Origin: a bacterium
GTDB taxonomy: Bacteria; Patescibacteriota; Minisyncoccia; Phycocordibacterales; UBA5272
Reading direction: 5' to 3'
Assembly: GCA_023267595.1 (NCBI GenBank)
Contig: JAHFNB010000005.1
Location: 1 to 39,082 of the forward strand
Length of the DNA stretch: 39,082 bases
A model generated the notes under the pieces. It did not search any database and was not told the DNA's origin. It saw only the letters and a list, made by a program, of their open reading frames with translations. The translations under genes and the position numbers were made by a program. Position 1 is the stretch's first letter. Every line of letters starts with the position of its first letter. Positions 15,369 to 23,698 of the stretch are shown piece after piece.

Positions 15369-15384
15369 TAAGCAGGTTTTCTTG
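15356..15384 (+). terminator. Intrinsic terminator
   Basis: aaaaCCTGC-ctgataa-GCAGGtttt followed by cttgc. Confidence 0.65.
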
Positions 15385-15419
15385 CTTCTTCTTTCTGCTT
15401 TCTTTATACTGGGATCATT

Positions 15420-15632
15420 ATGTCACCTCTAGGGATTAAACGCACAATAGCAGTATTATTGATACTTTCTCCTTGGATTTTTGTACCAGGGTTATTTAAA
15501 GATTTTGTTTTCATTATCGCAGGAGTATTTCTTTTTATTAGTACACTTGATTTACGAAAGAAATCATCTATTTCGCATGTTCATCAAGAAAATGAAAGTA
15601 TTCCTGTAATTCAAACAGAAACAACAGCATGA
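15420..15632 (+). CDS. Small membrane protein, 70 aa (two hydrophobic segments)
   Basis: TATACT ends 9 nt before the ATG, and the stop overlaps the next start (ATGA). Confidence 0.5.
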   Translation: MSPLGIKRTIAVLLILSPWIFVPGLFKDFVFIIAGVFLFISTLDLRKKSSISHVHQENESIPVIQTETTA

Positions 15633-16843
15633 AGTTGTTATTTTCAGGGATTGTATTTTTAAGTGTTCTATCCTTATGGGTGGTTAATAGTGGATATCAA
15701 AATATTTCTTTTCTTAAAAAAATTGGTACAGAAGATTATTCAAAACATGAAGTAGGGACGTCTACTCCACTTGAAAAAGTTACAGATTTTATTTCAAAAA
15801 CACTACCAAAAGATACAAAAGTATCTGCAGAAGTCATTGCACCACCACGAGTAGTTACACATATAAAGACTCCAGAACATGTAAAAGCCATTTATATGTC
15901 ATCATGGGTAGCAGGTTCTCCATCAATACGTGCACGATTAGTAAAAATTGCGGATGAGACAGAGATAAATGCAATTGTAATTGATGTAAAAGATAATACA
16001 GGTCTCCTTTCGTGGAATGGACGAATAAATGACTTAAATGATTTTCTCGATGTTCTCCACAGTAAAAATATTTATGTTATTGCACGTGTTGCTGCTTTTC
16101 AAGATCCTCTTTATGTAAAAGATCATCCTGAGCAAGCAGTGCATTCAAAAGCAACAGGGGGTATCTGGAAAGATAATAAAGGTGTCCCGTGGGTGGATAC
16201 GGGGTCCACTGATATGTGGAAGTACATTGAAAATGTTTCCAAAGATGCATATGCACGAGGGTTTGATGAAATTAATCTTGACTACATACGCTTCCCAACA
16301 GATGGTCCACTTTCCGATATGACATTTCCAATTAGTGGTGAACGTGGATTAAAAGATAAGCCAGGTATTGTTTCAGATTTTTATCATTACATTACTGATG
16401 CACTCCATAAAGATGGTATTCCTGTGTCTGGTGATCTTTTTGGTATTATTATGGTGACAAACGTAGATATTAAGACATTGGGGCAAGATATGCATACAGC
16501 ATTAGAAACATTCGATTATGTTTCACCGATGGTCTACCCATCACATTTTTATGCAGGTACTGCAGGGTACCAAAATCCTGCTGCTCATCCTGGAGAAATT
16601 ATTTCTTTTGCGATGAAAGCAGGTGTAAAAATTGCAACTGAAGTTGCTTCAAGTACAGGGCAGGCAACATCAACAATTATTGCAAAATACAGACCCTTTT
16701 ATCAAGACTTTGATATGGGTGCGACGTATACCGCGGAAATGGTACGCGCACAAATTACCGCAGGTGAAAAATTAGGAATCAATTCTTGGATGTTATGGGA
16801 TCCATCGAATCACTATACACCGAGTGCACTGAAGTCTGAGTGA
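15629..16843 (+). CDS. Putative glycoside-hydrolase-like TIM-barrel protein (DUF4015-type), N-terminal anchor
   Basis: Motifs: IYMSSWVAG, INAIVIDVKD, IARVAAFQDP, GFDEINLDYIRFP. Confidence 0.55.
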   Translation: MKLLFSGIVFLSVLSLWVVNSGYQNISFLKKIGTEDYSKHEVGTSTPLEKVTDFISKTLPKDTKVSAEVIAPPRVVTHIKTPEHVKAIYMSSWVAGSPSIRARLVKIADETEINAIVIDVKDNTGLLSWNGRINDLNDFLDVLHSKNIYVIARVAAFQDPLYVKDHPEQAVHSKATGGIWKDNKGVPWVDTGSTDMWKYIENVSKDAYARGFDEINLDYIRFPTDGPLSDMTFPISGERGLKDKPGIVSDFYHYITDALHKDGIPVSGDLFGIIMVTNVDIKTLGQDMHTALETFDYVSPMVYPSHFYAGTAGYQNPAAHPGEIISFAMKAGVKIATEVASSTGQATSTIIAKYRPFYQDFDMGATYTAEMVRAQITAGEKLGINSWMLWDPSNHYTPSALKSE

Positions 16844-16849
16844 TATACT
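16841..16849 (+). promoter_or_regulatory. Extended -10 box, 7 nt before ATG 16857
   Basis: TGaTATACT overlaps the upstream stop codon. Confidence 0.45.
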
Positions 16850-16856
16850 TATTTTC

Positions 16857-18530
16857 ATGAATGATAAGGAAAAAGTTACCTATATAGGTAAGGTTGACTA
16901 TCGTAATAAAGCAATCAATTTTGGTATTAAGGCAGGTGATAGAACTCGTCATACTTACATAATTGGAAAGACAGGAATGGGTAAGTCTACACTTCTTGCA
17001 AATCTTATTATTCAAGATATTCATAACGGTGAAGGAGTGTGCGTGATTGATCCTCATGGTTCATTAGCAGAAATGTTACTTGATCATGTACCAGAATCAC
17101 GTATCAAAGATGTAATATACTTTGCGCCATTTGATGCAGATAATCCTATCGGATTAAATGTCCTTGAAAAAGTAGATAAAGAAAAACGTCACCTTGTGGT
17201 AAATGGCATAATGGCAGCATTTAAAAAAATTTGGGTAGATGCATGGTCTGCTCGAATGGAATATATATTGAATAACATAATGCTTGCACTTCTTGAAAAT
17301 GATGGACAATCGTTACTTGGGGTTAATCGTATGCTTACCGATAAAGAGTATCGTAAGTTTATTGTATCAAATGTTACTGATCCGACAGTAAAAGAATTTT
17401 GGGAAAAAGAATATGCAAACTATTCAGAACGATTTGCACAAGAAGCAGCGCCTGCGATACAAAACAAAGTGGGACAGTTTGTAGGTAATCCACTTATTAG
17501 AAATATTATTGGCCAACAAAAAACATCTATTGATCTTCGTGATGCAATGGATTCAAAAAAGATTCTTATTGTAAACTTATCCAAAGGAAAAGTAGGAGAA
17601 GGGAATGCAAATCTTATTGGTTCACTTCTTATCACCAAGATTTATTTGGCAGCAATGTCTCGTTCTGATGTTGGTCCGTATGAACTTGAGAAATTACCAG
17701 CATTTTATATGTATGTGGATGAGTTTCAAAACTTTGCTAATGAATCATTTGCAAATATTTTATCTGAAGCACGAAAGTACAATTTGGCGCTTACTGTTGC
17801 ACATCAATATGTAGAACAAATGACAGATGAAGTAAAAGCCGCAGTATTTGGAAACGTTGGGACAATGATTGTATTCCGTGTAGGAGCAACGGATGCAGAA
17901 GTTTTTGAAAAGGAATTTGCCCCCAAGTTTATTTTAGATGATATTGTGAATCTTTCTGCATATCAAATATATTTAAGACTGATGATAGATGGGCAAGGTT
18001 CTGCTCCATTTTCTGCTCGTACACTAGATCCTATACAAAAACAACCACAATCCTATGCACATGCAGTTATTGAACATTCTCGTAAAACATACGGAAAATC
18101 ACAACATGAAGTAGAGGAAGAAATTAATGCTTTTTATAGACCTCTTACTCTAGAGAAAAAAGAGGTAGTAAAAGAGAATTATGCTCATGTTGAAAAAGAA
18201 GTAAAAGTGCGTGAAATAAAACATAATACCCCACCAATAAATACAGAAACCAGAAAGTATACTCAAAATTCTAACATAACACATACACAACAACAGAATA
18301 ATCAAGACCCGAGAAGAACGCATAGTTCTCGTCTACAAACACCAGAAAAATCACCAACTTTTGATAATAGGCCACCACTTTCTTTAAAAGAAGCATTAGC
18401 AAAAGCAATGAGTGAAAATATAAAAAGTGAAGAAAAGTTGATACCTCAGAAAGTGCGTATTACTGATAATAAGGAAAAAGAAAAAAAAGAAGTTCCAGAA
18501 GAAGTACTTCGCAAGTTGCTCGATGAGTAA
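16857..18530 (+). CDS. Soluble P-loop ATPase of the TraD/TraG/VirD4 coupling-protein (HerA/FtsK-like) type, with low-complexity C-terminal tail
   Basis: Walker A is IIGKTGMGKST. VIDPHGS follows. Walker B is FYMYVDEFQNF. TVAHQY..Q is also present. No TM segments are seen. The last ~130 aa are a K/E/T/Q/N-rich tail. Confidence 0.65.
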   Translation: MNDKEKVTYIGKVDYRNKAINFGIKAGDRTRHTYIIGKTGMGKSTLLANLIIQDIHNGEGVCVIDPHGSLAEMLLDHVPESRIKDVIYFAPFDADNPIGLNVLEKVDKEKRHLVVNGIMAAFKKIWVDAWSARMEYILNNIMLALLENDGQSLLGVNRMLTDKEYRKFIVSNVTDPTVKEFWEKEYANYSERFAQEAAPAIQNKVGQFVGNPLIRNIIGQQKTSIDLRDAMDSKKILIVNLSKGKVGEGNANLIGSLLITKIYLAAMSRSDVGPYELEKLPAFYMYVDEFQNFANESFANILSEARKYNLALTVAHQYVEQMTDEVKAAVFGNVGTMIVFRVGATDAEVFEKEFAPKFILDDIVNLSAYQIYLRLMIDGQGSAPFSARTLDPIQKQPQSYAHAVIEHSRKTYGKSQHEVEEEINAFYRPLTLEKKEVVKENYAHVEKEVKVREIKHNTPPINTETRKYTQNSNITHTQQQNNQDPRRTHSSRLQTPEKSPTFDNRPPLSLKEALAKAMSENIKSEEKLIPQKVRITDNKEKEKKEVPEEVLRKLLDE

Positions 18531-18533
18531 ACC

Positions 18534-19796
18534 ATGAAGTATATAACTGCCTTACTTAGTTTTCTCTCAAGTATTGCCTCGGTATATGCAGTTTATATTT
18601 CTGAAATTATGTACGATCCACAAGGGTCTGACACATCTCGTGAATGGGTAGAGATTTATAATGACACAAACAATGCTATTGATTTTACTTCGTGGAAATT
18701 ATTTGAAAGTGGAACTAATCACGGAATAGTTAGTTATTCAGGAGGTACGACAGTTCAAGCAGGGGGATATGCAGTTATTGCAGATAACCCAGTAAAATTT
18801 CTTACTGATTTTCCAAATTATCAAGGAGTACTGTATGACAGTTCGTTTTCTCTTTCTAATTCTGGTGAGCAATTAATTTTAAAAGATGGAACAGGTTCTA
18901 CAATTGACACATTTACATATGTTCCTTCTGTTGGTGGTAATGATGATGGAAGTACACTTTCAAAAATAGAAGGAACGTGGACTCGTGGGATTGCAACTCC
19001 TGGAGCCATAAATCAAGTATCAGGAGTTGCTATGTCATCTTCTGCATCATCAACAGAGAATCAAGTAACAATTGCACAATTGTCACCTCCATCTCCAGAT
19101 ATTATTTTTTATCTACCTTTTGAAAGGACGGTTGTTGCAGGTGCAGATACAGAGTTTAGTACGTATGCTACAAATAAATCTGGTAAAGTATTGGATAATT
19201 TGACATGTACATGGGCGTTTGGTGATGGTGGAAAAGGAGTGGGGACAACCACTACATATCGTTACGCATACCCAGGAAGATACATTGCACAAGTTGAAGG
19301 AACAACTGGATATGTCGCAGGAACAGGAAGAATAATGATTCATGTAGTGCCACCAGATCTTGTTATTTCAAAAATAGACACAGGTAAATATGGTATGTAT
19401 GTTGATATTTTTAATCCAAATACGTATACGTTAGATCTTTCTCAATGGAAATTAGTGATTAATGGTGCTAGTTTTCCATTTCCAAAAAATACACTTATAT
19501 TAGGAAATACAACAACACGTTTTTCAGGAGTAGCAATGGGATTTGCAAGTACAACTCTTATTTCTGGTAATCCAGTACAGATACTATTTCCAAATTTTGA
19601 AGAAGTAGCGCGGTACATTTTTCTTCCACACAGTGACACAGTGTATGCTGCGTCTTCTACTCCTGTGAGACAACTAGAAAAAGTACTTATAAAAAATAAT
19701 GCAGTAAAAAGAGAGGTAAGTACCACAACTCAAAGTATTCATATGCAAAAAGATACGAGAGTAGTCTCTTTTTTGAAGACTCTTTTTAAGAAATAG
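18534..19796 (+). CDS. Secreted lamin-tail-domain (LTD) - PKD - LTD protein
   Basis: A signal-like N-terminus is present. LTD 1 is YISEIMYDPQGSDTSREWVEIYNDTNNAIDFTSWKL. The PKD motif is CTWAFGDGGKG..YRYAYPGRYIAQV. A second LTD-like segment reads YVDIFNPNTYTLDLSQWKL. Confidence 0.7.
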   Translation: MKYITALLSFLSSIASVYAVYISEIMYDPQGSDTSREWVEIYNDTNNAIDFTSWKLFESGTNHGIVSYSGGTTVQAGGYAVIADNPVKFLTDFPNYQGVLYDSSFSLSNSGEQLILKDGTGSTIDTFTYVPSVGGNDDGSTLSKIEGTWTRGIATPGAINQVSGVAMSSSASSTENQVTIAQLSPPSPDIIFYLPFERTVVAGADTEFSTYATNKSGKVLDNLTCTWAFGDGGKGVGTTTTYRYAYPGRYIAQVEGTTGYVAGTGRIMIHVVPPDLVISKIDTGKYGMYVDIFNPNTYTLDLSQWKLVINGASFPFPKNTLILGNTTTRFSGVAMGFASTTLISGNPVQILFPNFEEVARYIFLPHSDTVYAASSTPVRQLEKVLIKNNAVKREVSTTTQSIHMQKDTRVVSFLKTLFKK

Positions 19797-19812
19797 ATTA
19801 TTTTATATAAGG

Positions 19813-19841
19813 TTGGAATATATGAATATTTCCTATATAAT
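19813..19841 (+). promoter_or_regulatory. Promoter TTGGAA-N17-TATAAT, -10 ends 8 nt before ATG 19850
   Basis: The hexamers and spacing were read directly from the sequence. Confidence 0.55.
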
Positions 19842-19849
19842 AGGGCTTT

Positions 19850-20776
19850 ATGGCTACATCTAAAAAGACTACAAAGAAAGTAAAGAAGGTTTCCAAAAAG
19901 AAAGTACTTGTTACAGGAGGTGCAGGGTTCATAGGTTCACACCTCATAGAAGCACTTCTTAAAAGTGGTAAGTATGATGTTGTGTCACTCGATAATTATT
20001 TTACAGGTAAAAAAGAAAACCATCACAAAGGCGCAACGTATATAGAAGGACATACAAAAGATATCGATAAATTAATAAAAATTGTTCCAGATCTTGTGTT
20101 TCATCTCGGTGAGTATTCTCGTGTTGAAAAAAGTTTTGATGATGTTGAACTTGTTTGGGATCATAATAAAGCAGGAACCTTTGCAGTTGTAGAGTTTTGT
20201 CGAAAGCATAATGCAAAATTAGTGTACGCAGGATCTAGTACAAAGTTTGGTGATGGAGGATTAGGGAGAGTACAAAGTCCATATGCTTGGACAAAAGCAA
20301 GTAATACAGAACTCGTAAAAAATTACGGAAAGTGGTTTTCTTTACCGTATGCGATTACCTATTTTTATAATGTGTATGGTCCACGAGAAATTAGTGAGGG
20401 GGACTATGCTACAGTGATCGGTATTTTTAAAGCAAAACATAAAAAAGGAGAACCTATCACGGTTGTTTCTCCAGGAACTCAAGTGAGAAACTTTACTCAT
20501 GTAGAAGATATTGTAAAAGGTCTCATATTAGTTGGTGAAAAAGGGGAAGGGGATGATTATGGATTAGGTGATGAACGAGGGTACAGTATTTTAGATATTG
20601 CAAAAATGTTTGGTAAGAATATTGTCATGCTTCCAGAACGAAAGGGAAATAGAATGAACTCAACAATTGATACAACTCGTGTACAAAAAGAATTGAAATG
20701 GAAAGCAAAAAAGAATATCAAAACGCATATCAATGAGTTTGTAAAAGATCACAAAAAGAAAACCAAGAAGTCCTAG
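19850..20776 (+). CDS. NAD-dependent sugar-nucleotide epimerase/dehydratase (extended SDR; UXS/4,6-dehydratase-like)
   Basis: Motifs: VLVTGGAGFIGSHL, LDNYFTGKKEN, catalytic YAWTK. There are lysine-rich N- and C-terminal tails. Confidence 0.7.
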   Translation: MATSKKTTKKVKKVSKKKVLVTGGAGFIGSHLIEALLKSGKYDVVSLDNYFTGKKENHHKGATYIEGHTKDIDKLIKIVPDLVFHLGEYSRVEKSFDDVELVWDHNKAGTFAVVEFCRKHNAKLVYAGSSTKFGDGGLGRVQSPYAWTKASNTELVKNYGKWFSLPYAITYFYNVYGPREISEGDYATVIGIFKAKHKKGEPITVVSPGTQVRNFTHVEDIVKGLILVGEKGEGDDYGLGDERGYSILDIAKMFGKNIVMLPERKGNRMNSTIDTTRVQKELKWKAKKNIKTHINEFVKDHKKKTKKS

Positions 20777-21822
20777 TTATTAACGAATAGTTTTTTCTTG
20801 AGGTATACACGTAGTTTCTTGTCATGTATATAGGCAATGTATGCAAGGGTAAGCATTAGTATTTCAACGAAAATACCAACAGTTGTTCTTGAATAGAAAA
20901 AGGTGTCAACAAAGTATCGTATGATGGTGTTTCCAAATGTTTGATGAAGTAAATAAATAGGGTAGGTGAGTCCGCCAATAATCGCACATAGTATGCGGAC
21001 TTTAGGATTTTTCAAGAATCGTGAAAGGTAGATAAAGAGGATTACCAGTAAGAAAAGTACTGGGTTTGCATATGCGACGATAGTGGTATCAAGTGCGTTT
21101 GGTACAAAGTATGGTGGTATTGCACGTGATGAAATATAGACAGAATACACAAGTGTTATGAGGATGAGTGCTACATCACTTACTTTGCACCATGTTGTTT
21201 TTATAGAGTCTTCCAAGAATAATGCGAGTGCACTTCCCATAATAAAGAATGATGCATGACGAACGAGAAGCATTTTCATAGCAAAGTTTTGGTCAATGTG
21301 AATTGCAAATGATGCTGCACTTAGTATGAGCCATCCCCATAAAAAGAAACGTATATGTTTCCATGAAAAGAAAAATACAAATAATCCAATGAAAACATAA
21401 AAGAGTAATTCTACAGCAAGTGTCCAATATACTGCATCCACCAGTCCGCCGTATCCGATAAAAGAACTCAGTTTATCTCCCATCATTGTCATACTCGCGA
21501 GATATTCGATGAAGTGTACTGGTGTGCCATTTGGCATCACTAGTGTAAAGATGTAGGTGATTGTACATATAATCCAGAAAAGCGGATAGAGACGTATGAA
21601 CCGTCCTAGTGCAAATTCTTTCAGTGTTGTATGTGCAACACTTTGTGCAATAACGAACCCAGAAATAATAAAGAACAGTTGTACACCGAGATTGCCATAG
21701 CGAAATGGAGTCAAGGTATCAGTCATACCAATAGGGGCTAATCCAAAGAAATAATGAAAATTGACTACACCAAGTGCTGCAATAAAACGTAGTACATCAA
21801 GCCCTGTGTAGTAGGTTTTCAT
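20773..21822 (-). CDS. Acyltransferase family 3 (OatA/OafA-like) membrane O-acyltransferase
   Basis: MKTYYTGLDVLRFIAALGVVNFHY plus ~10 TM segments. The track start (TTG 21834) is less likely than ATG 21822. Confidence 0.7.
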   Translation of the reverse strand: MKTYYTGLDVLRFIAALGVVNFHYFFGLAPIGMTDTLTPFRYGNLGVQLFFIISGFVIAQSVAHTTLKEFALGRFIRLYPLFWIICTITYIFTLVMPNGTPVHFIEYLASMTMMGDKLSSFIGYGGLVDAVYWTLAVELLFYVFIGLFVFFFSWKHIRFFLWGWLILSAASFAIHIDQNFAMKMLLVRHASFFIMGSALALFLEDSIKTTWCKVSDVALILITLVYSVYISSRAIPPYFVPNALDTTIVAYANPVLFLLVILFIYLSRFLKNPKVRILCAIIGGLTYPIYLLHQTFGNTIIRYFVDTFFYSRTTVGIFVEILMLTLAYIAYIHDKKLRVYLKKKLFVNN

Positions 21823-21834
21823 GAATATGATCAA

Positions 21835-21843
21835 AGTATATCA
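21835..21843 (-). promoter_or_regulatory. Extended -10 box (minus strand), 12 nt before ATG 21822
   Basis: Reads TGaTATACT on the minus strand. Confidence 0.45.
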
Positions 21844-21877
21844 CGTAAAAATCACAGTTTTTTGAAGGGATTTTTTT

Positions 21878-21886
21878 TGCTATACT
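21878..21886 (+). promoter_or_regulatory. Extended -10 box, 9 nt before ATG 21896
   Basis: TGcTATACT, then tacataact, then ATG. Confidence 0.5.
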
Positions 21887-21895
21887 TACATAACT

Positions 21896-22741
21896 ATGAA
21901 GTTCTATATACTTGGAGCAAGTGGATTTATGGGTTCACAATGTGTCACTTATTTACAATCAAAAGGTCATGAAGTTTTTTCTAATCGTATTGATATTACC
22001 GACTTACCCACACTTACAAAAGTATTTACTGAGAAAAAACCTGATGTTGTTATTAACTTTGCAGGAGTGCGTGCATATCCGACTATTGATTGGTGTGAAG
22101 ATAATAAAGAAGAAACAGTAAAGGTAAATGTCGCAGGTGCAATAAATGCAATGGTTGCCGCACTAGATGTAGGAGCATACCCTATACAAATTTGTAGTGG
22201 TTGTATTTATTCAGGAGAACTAGAGACACCATTTTCTGAGGACGATGCGCCAAACTTTTACGGTAGTTTTTATTCACGAATGCGTGTTGTCATGCAAGAT
22301 GCATTGAAAGAATTACCTGTACTTCAAGTACGTATCAGAATGCCAGTATCTATGTATTATAGTCCTCGTAATTTTATTACCAAAATTGCATCATATAAAC
22401 GTGTTATTTCTGTACCAAACTCTGTAACACTAATCGAAGATATGTTTCCTGCGCTTGAGAAATTATCAGAGATGCAACCAACAGGGATACTGAACCTAAC
22501 TAACGATGGGTATATAGAACACAAGACAATATTAGAAGCCTATAGAAAGATAGTTGATACAACGCATACCTATGAACCAATAGATGTACAAGAATTGATG
22601 ACGAATGTTGTGAAAGCAGGGAGAAGTAATTGTATTTTATCTAATGAGAAGAGAATATCATTAGGGATATCTATGCCAGAATTAAACAGTAAACGATTAG
22701 AAGAAATCATGAAGGTTTACAAAGATTCAATACCAAAGTAG
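21896..22741 (+). CDS. RmlD-fold 4-keto-6-deoxy-sugar reductase, NRS/ER-like (3,5-epimerase/4-reductase type)
   Basis: Motifs: ILGASGFMGS, PDVVINFAGV, IDWCEDNKEETVKVNVAGA, EDDAPNFYGSFYS, RIRMPVS..SPRNFITKIASYKRVISVPNSVT, GILNLTN.G.IEHKTILEAY. From memory these blocks parallel plant NRS/ER (VDWCESHKVET, PRNFITKI..YEKVV.IPNSMT, NFTNPG..SHNEILEMY). Confidence 0.65.
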   Translation: MKFYILGASGFMGSQCVTYLQSKGHEVFSNRIDITDLPTLTKVFTEKKPDVVINFAGVRAYPTIDWCEDNKEETVKVNVAGAINAMVAALDVGAYPIQICSGCIYSGELETPFSEDDAPNFYGSFYSRMRVVMQDALKELPVLQVRIRMPVSMYYSPRNFITKIASYKRVISVPNSVTLIEDMFPALEKLSEMQPTGILNLTNDGYIEHKTILEAYRKIVDTTHTYEPIDVQELMTNVVKAGRSNCILSNEKRISLGISMPELNSKRLEEIMKVYKDSIPK

Positions 22742-22754
22742 TATCATAATTATT

Positions 22755-23579
22755 ATGAAACAAGATTTTTTTAGCAGGATGGGACGATTTATAAAGAATT
22801 ATTACAGACATCCTTTGTATATTCTTGCATATGGATATTATCTCTTTCAACCAAAGTTTACTGCGGGGGTCAATTTTTATGACAAAAAAGAGTTTACTGA
22901 TGAAATAAAAAAAGGAAAATCATTTGTACGTTTAAATGACGGTGAGGTTCACTTTATGCATGGGGGAATTCACAATTGTTATGGAACTATAAATGTGAGA
23001 CCTCTTGAGAAATCTTTACGCAGGATTGCTCGTGAGTACAGTAAAGATTCTCCATATATTATTGGTCTTGCAAAACGATATATCAATCAAACAAATGAAG
23101 AATTGAAAAATGATCCGGAAAAAGGTGATCATAGTTTGTATGCGTGGATGCCCATGAAGGTTATGTATAAAATACATTTTCCACATAATGTAAAATATGC
23201 AGATGCACATTCATTTTATATCGATGGATTTTTCAGAGAAACAGTAGAAGATTATCTTATGGATAAACATCTTGTTGTTGTTACAAGTAAAGAAAATATT
23301 GAGGCAATAAAAAATACTAAAGGTGTACCATTTAAAAAAATGTCTTTTGTATCTACTCCAAAGTTTAATTCTTATTCGGAATATGACACAATTTGTAAAG
23401 ATATAGAAAAGACTCTTGCTAGTATTCCACAAGAAGATACGCCAGTACTCATTGTTTCTACTGGGCCTGCAAGTAAACCAATTGTGTATGAGTTTTCAAA
23501 GAGGGGAATACAGTCTATTGACACGGGAAGGGGACTTGAGTTTATATACTCCGGAGAATCTCTCGAATGGGCTATGTAG
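22755..23579 (+). CDS. Hypothetical protein, possible GT-D (DUF1792-like) glycosyltransferase
   Basis: SFVRLNDGEVHFMHGG resembles the RFGDGE signature of DUF1792. The locus context is glycosylation. Confidence 0.4.
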   Translation: MKQDFFSRMGRFIKNYYRHPLYILAYGYYLFQPKFTAGVNFYDKKEFTDEIKKGKSFVRLNDGEVHFMHGGIHNCYGTINVRPLEKSLRRIAREYSKDSPYIIGLAKRYINQTNEELKNDPEKGDHSLYAWMPMKVMYKIHFPHNVKYADAHSFYIDGFFRETVEDYLMDKHLVVVTSKENIEAIKNTKGVPFKKMSFVSTPKFNSYSEYDTICKDIEKTLASIPQEDTPVLIVSTGPASKPIVYEFSKRGIQSIDTGRGLEFIYSGESLEWAM

Positions 23580-23698
23580 GTAAAAACTGCTCATCTACTT
23601 TGTCGCTACGAAATTTTTCTCAGTCAACGTACTTAAAGTGTACGTTTCTTTCGAAAAATTTCTAGGCTTCGCGTATCTGAAACAGTTTTTACCTACAT
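23574..23698. repeat. 125-bp imperfect palindrome between convergent genes (bidirectional terminator or MITE-like element)
   Basis: The outer arms are a 16/16 perfect inverted repeat, atgtaggtaaaaactg (23574-23589) and cagtttttacctacat (23683-23698). Inner paired blocks are gaaatttttc/gaaaaatttc and acgtac/gtacgt. Both flanking stop codons lie inside the outer arms. Confidence 0.75.
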
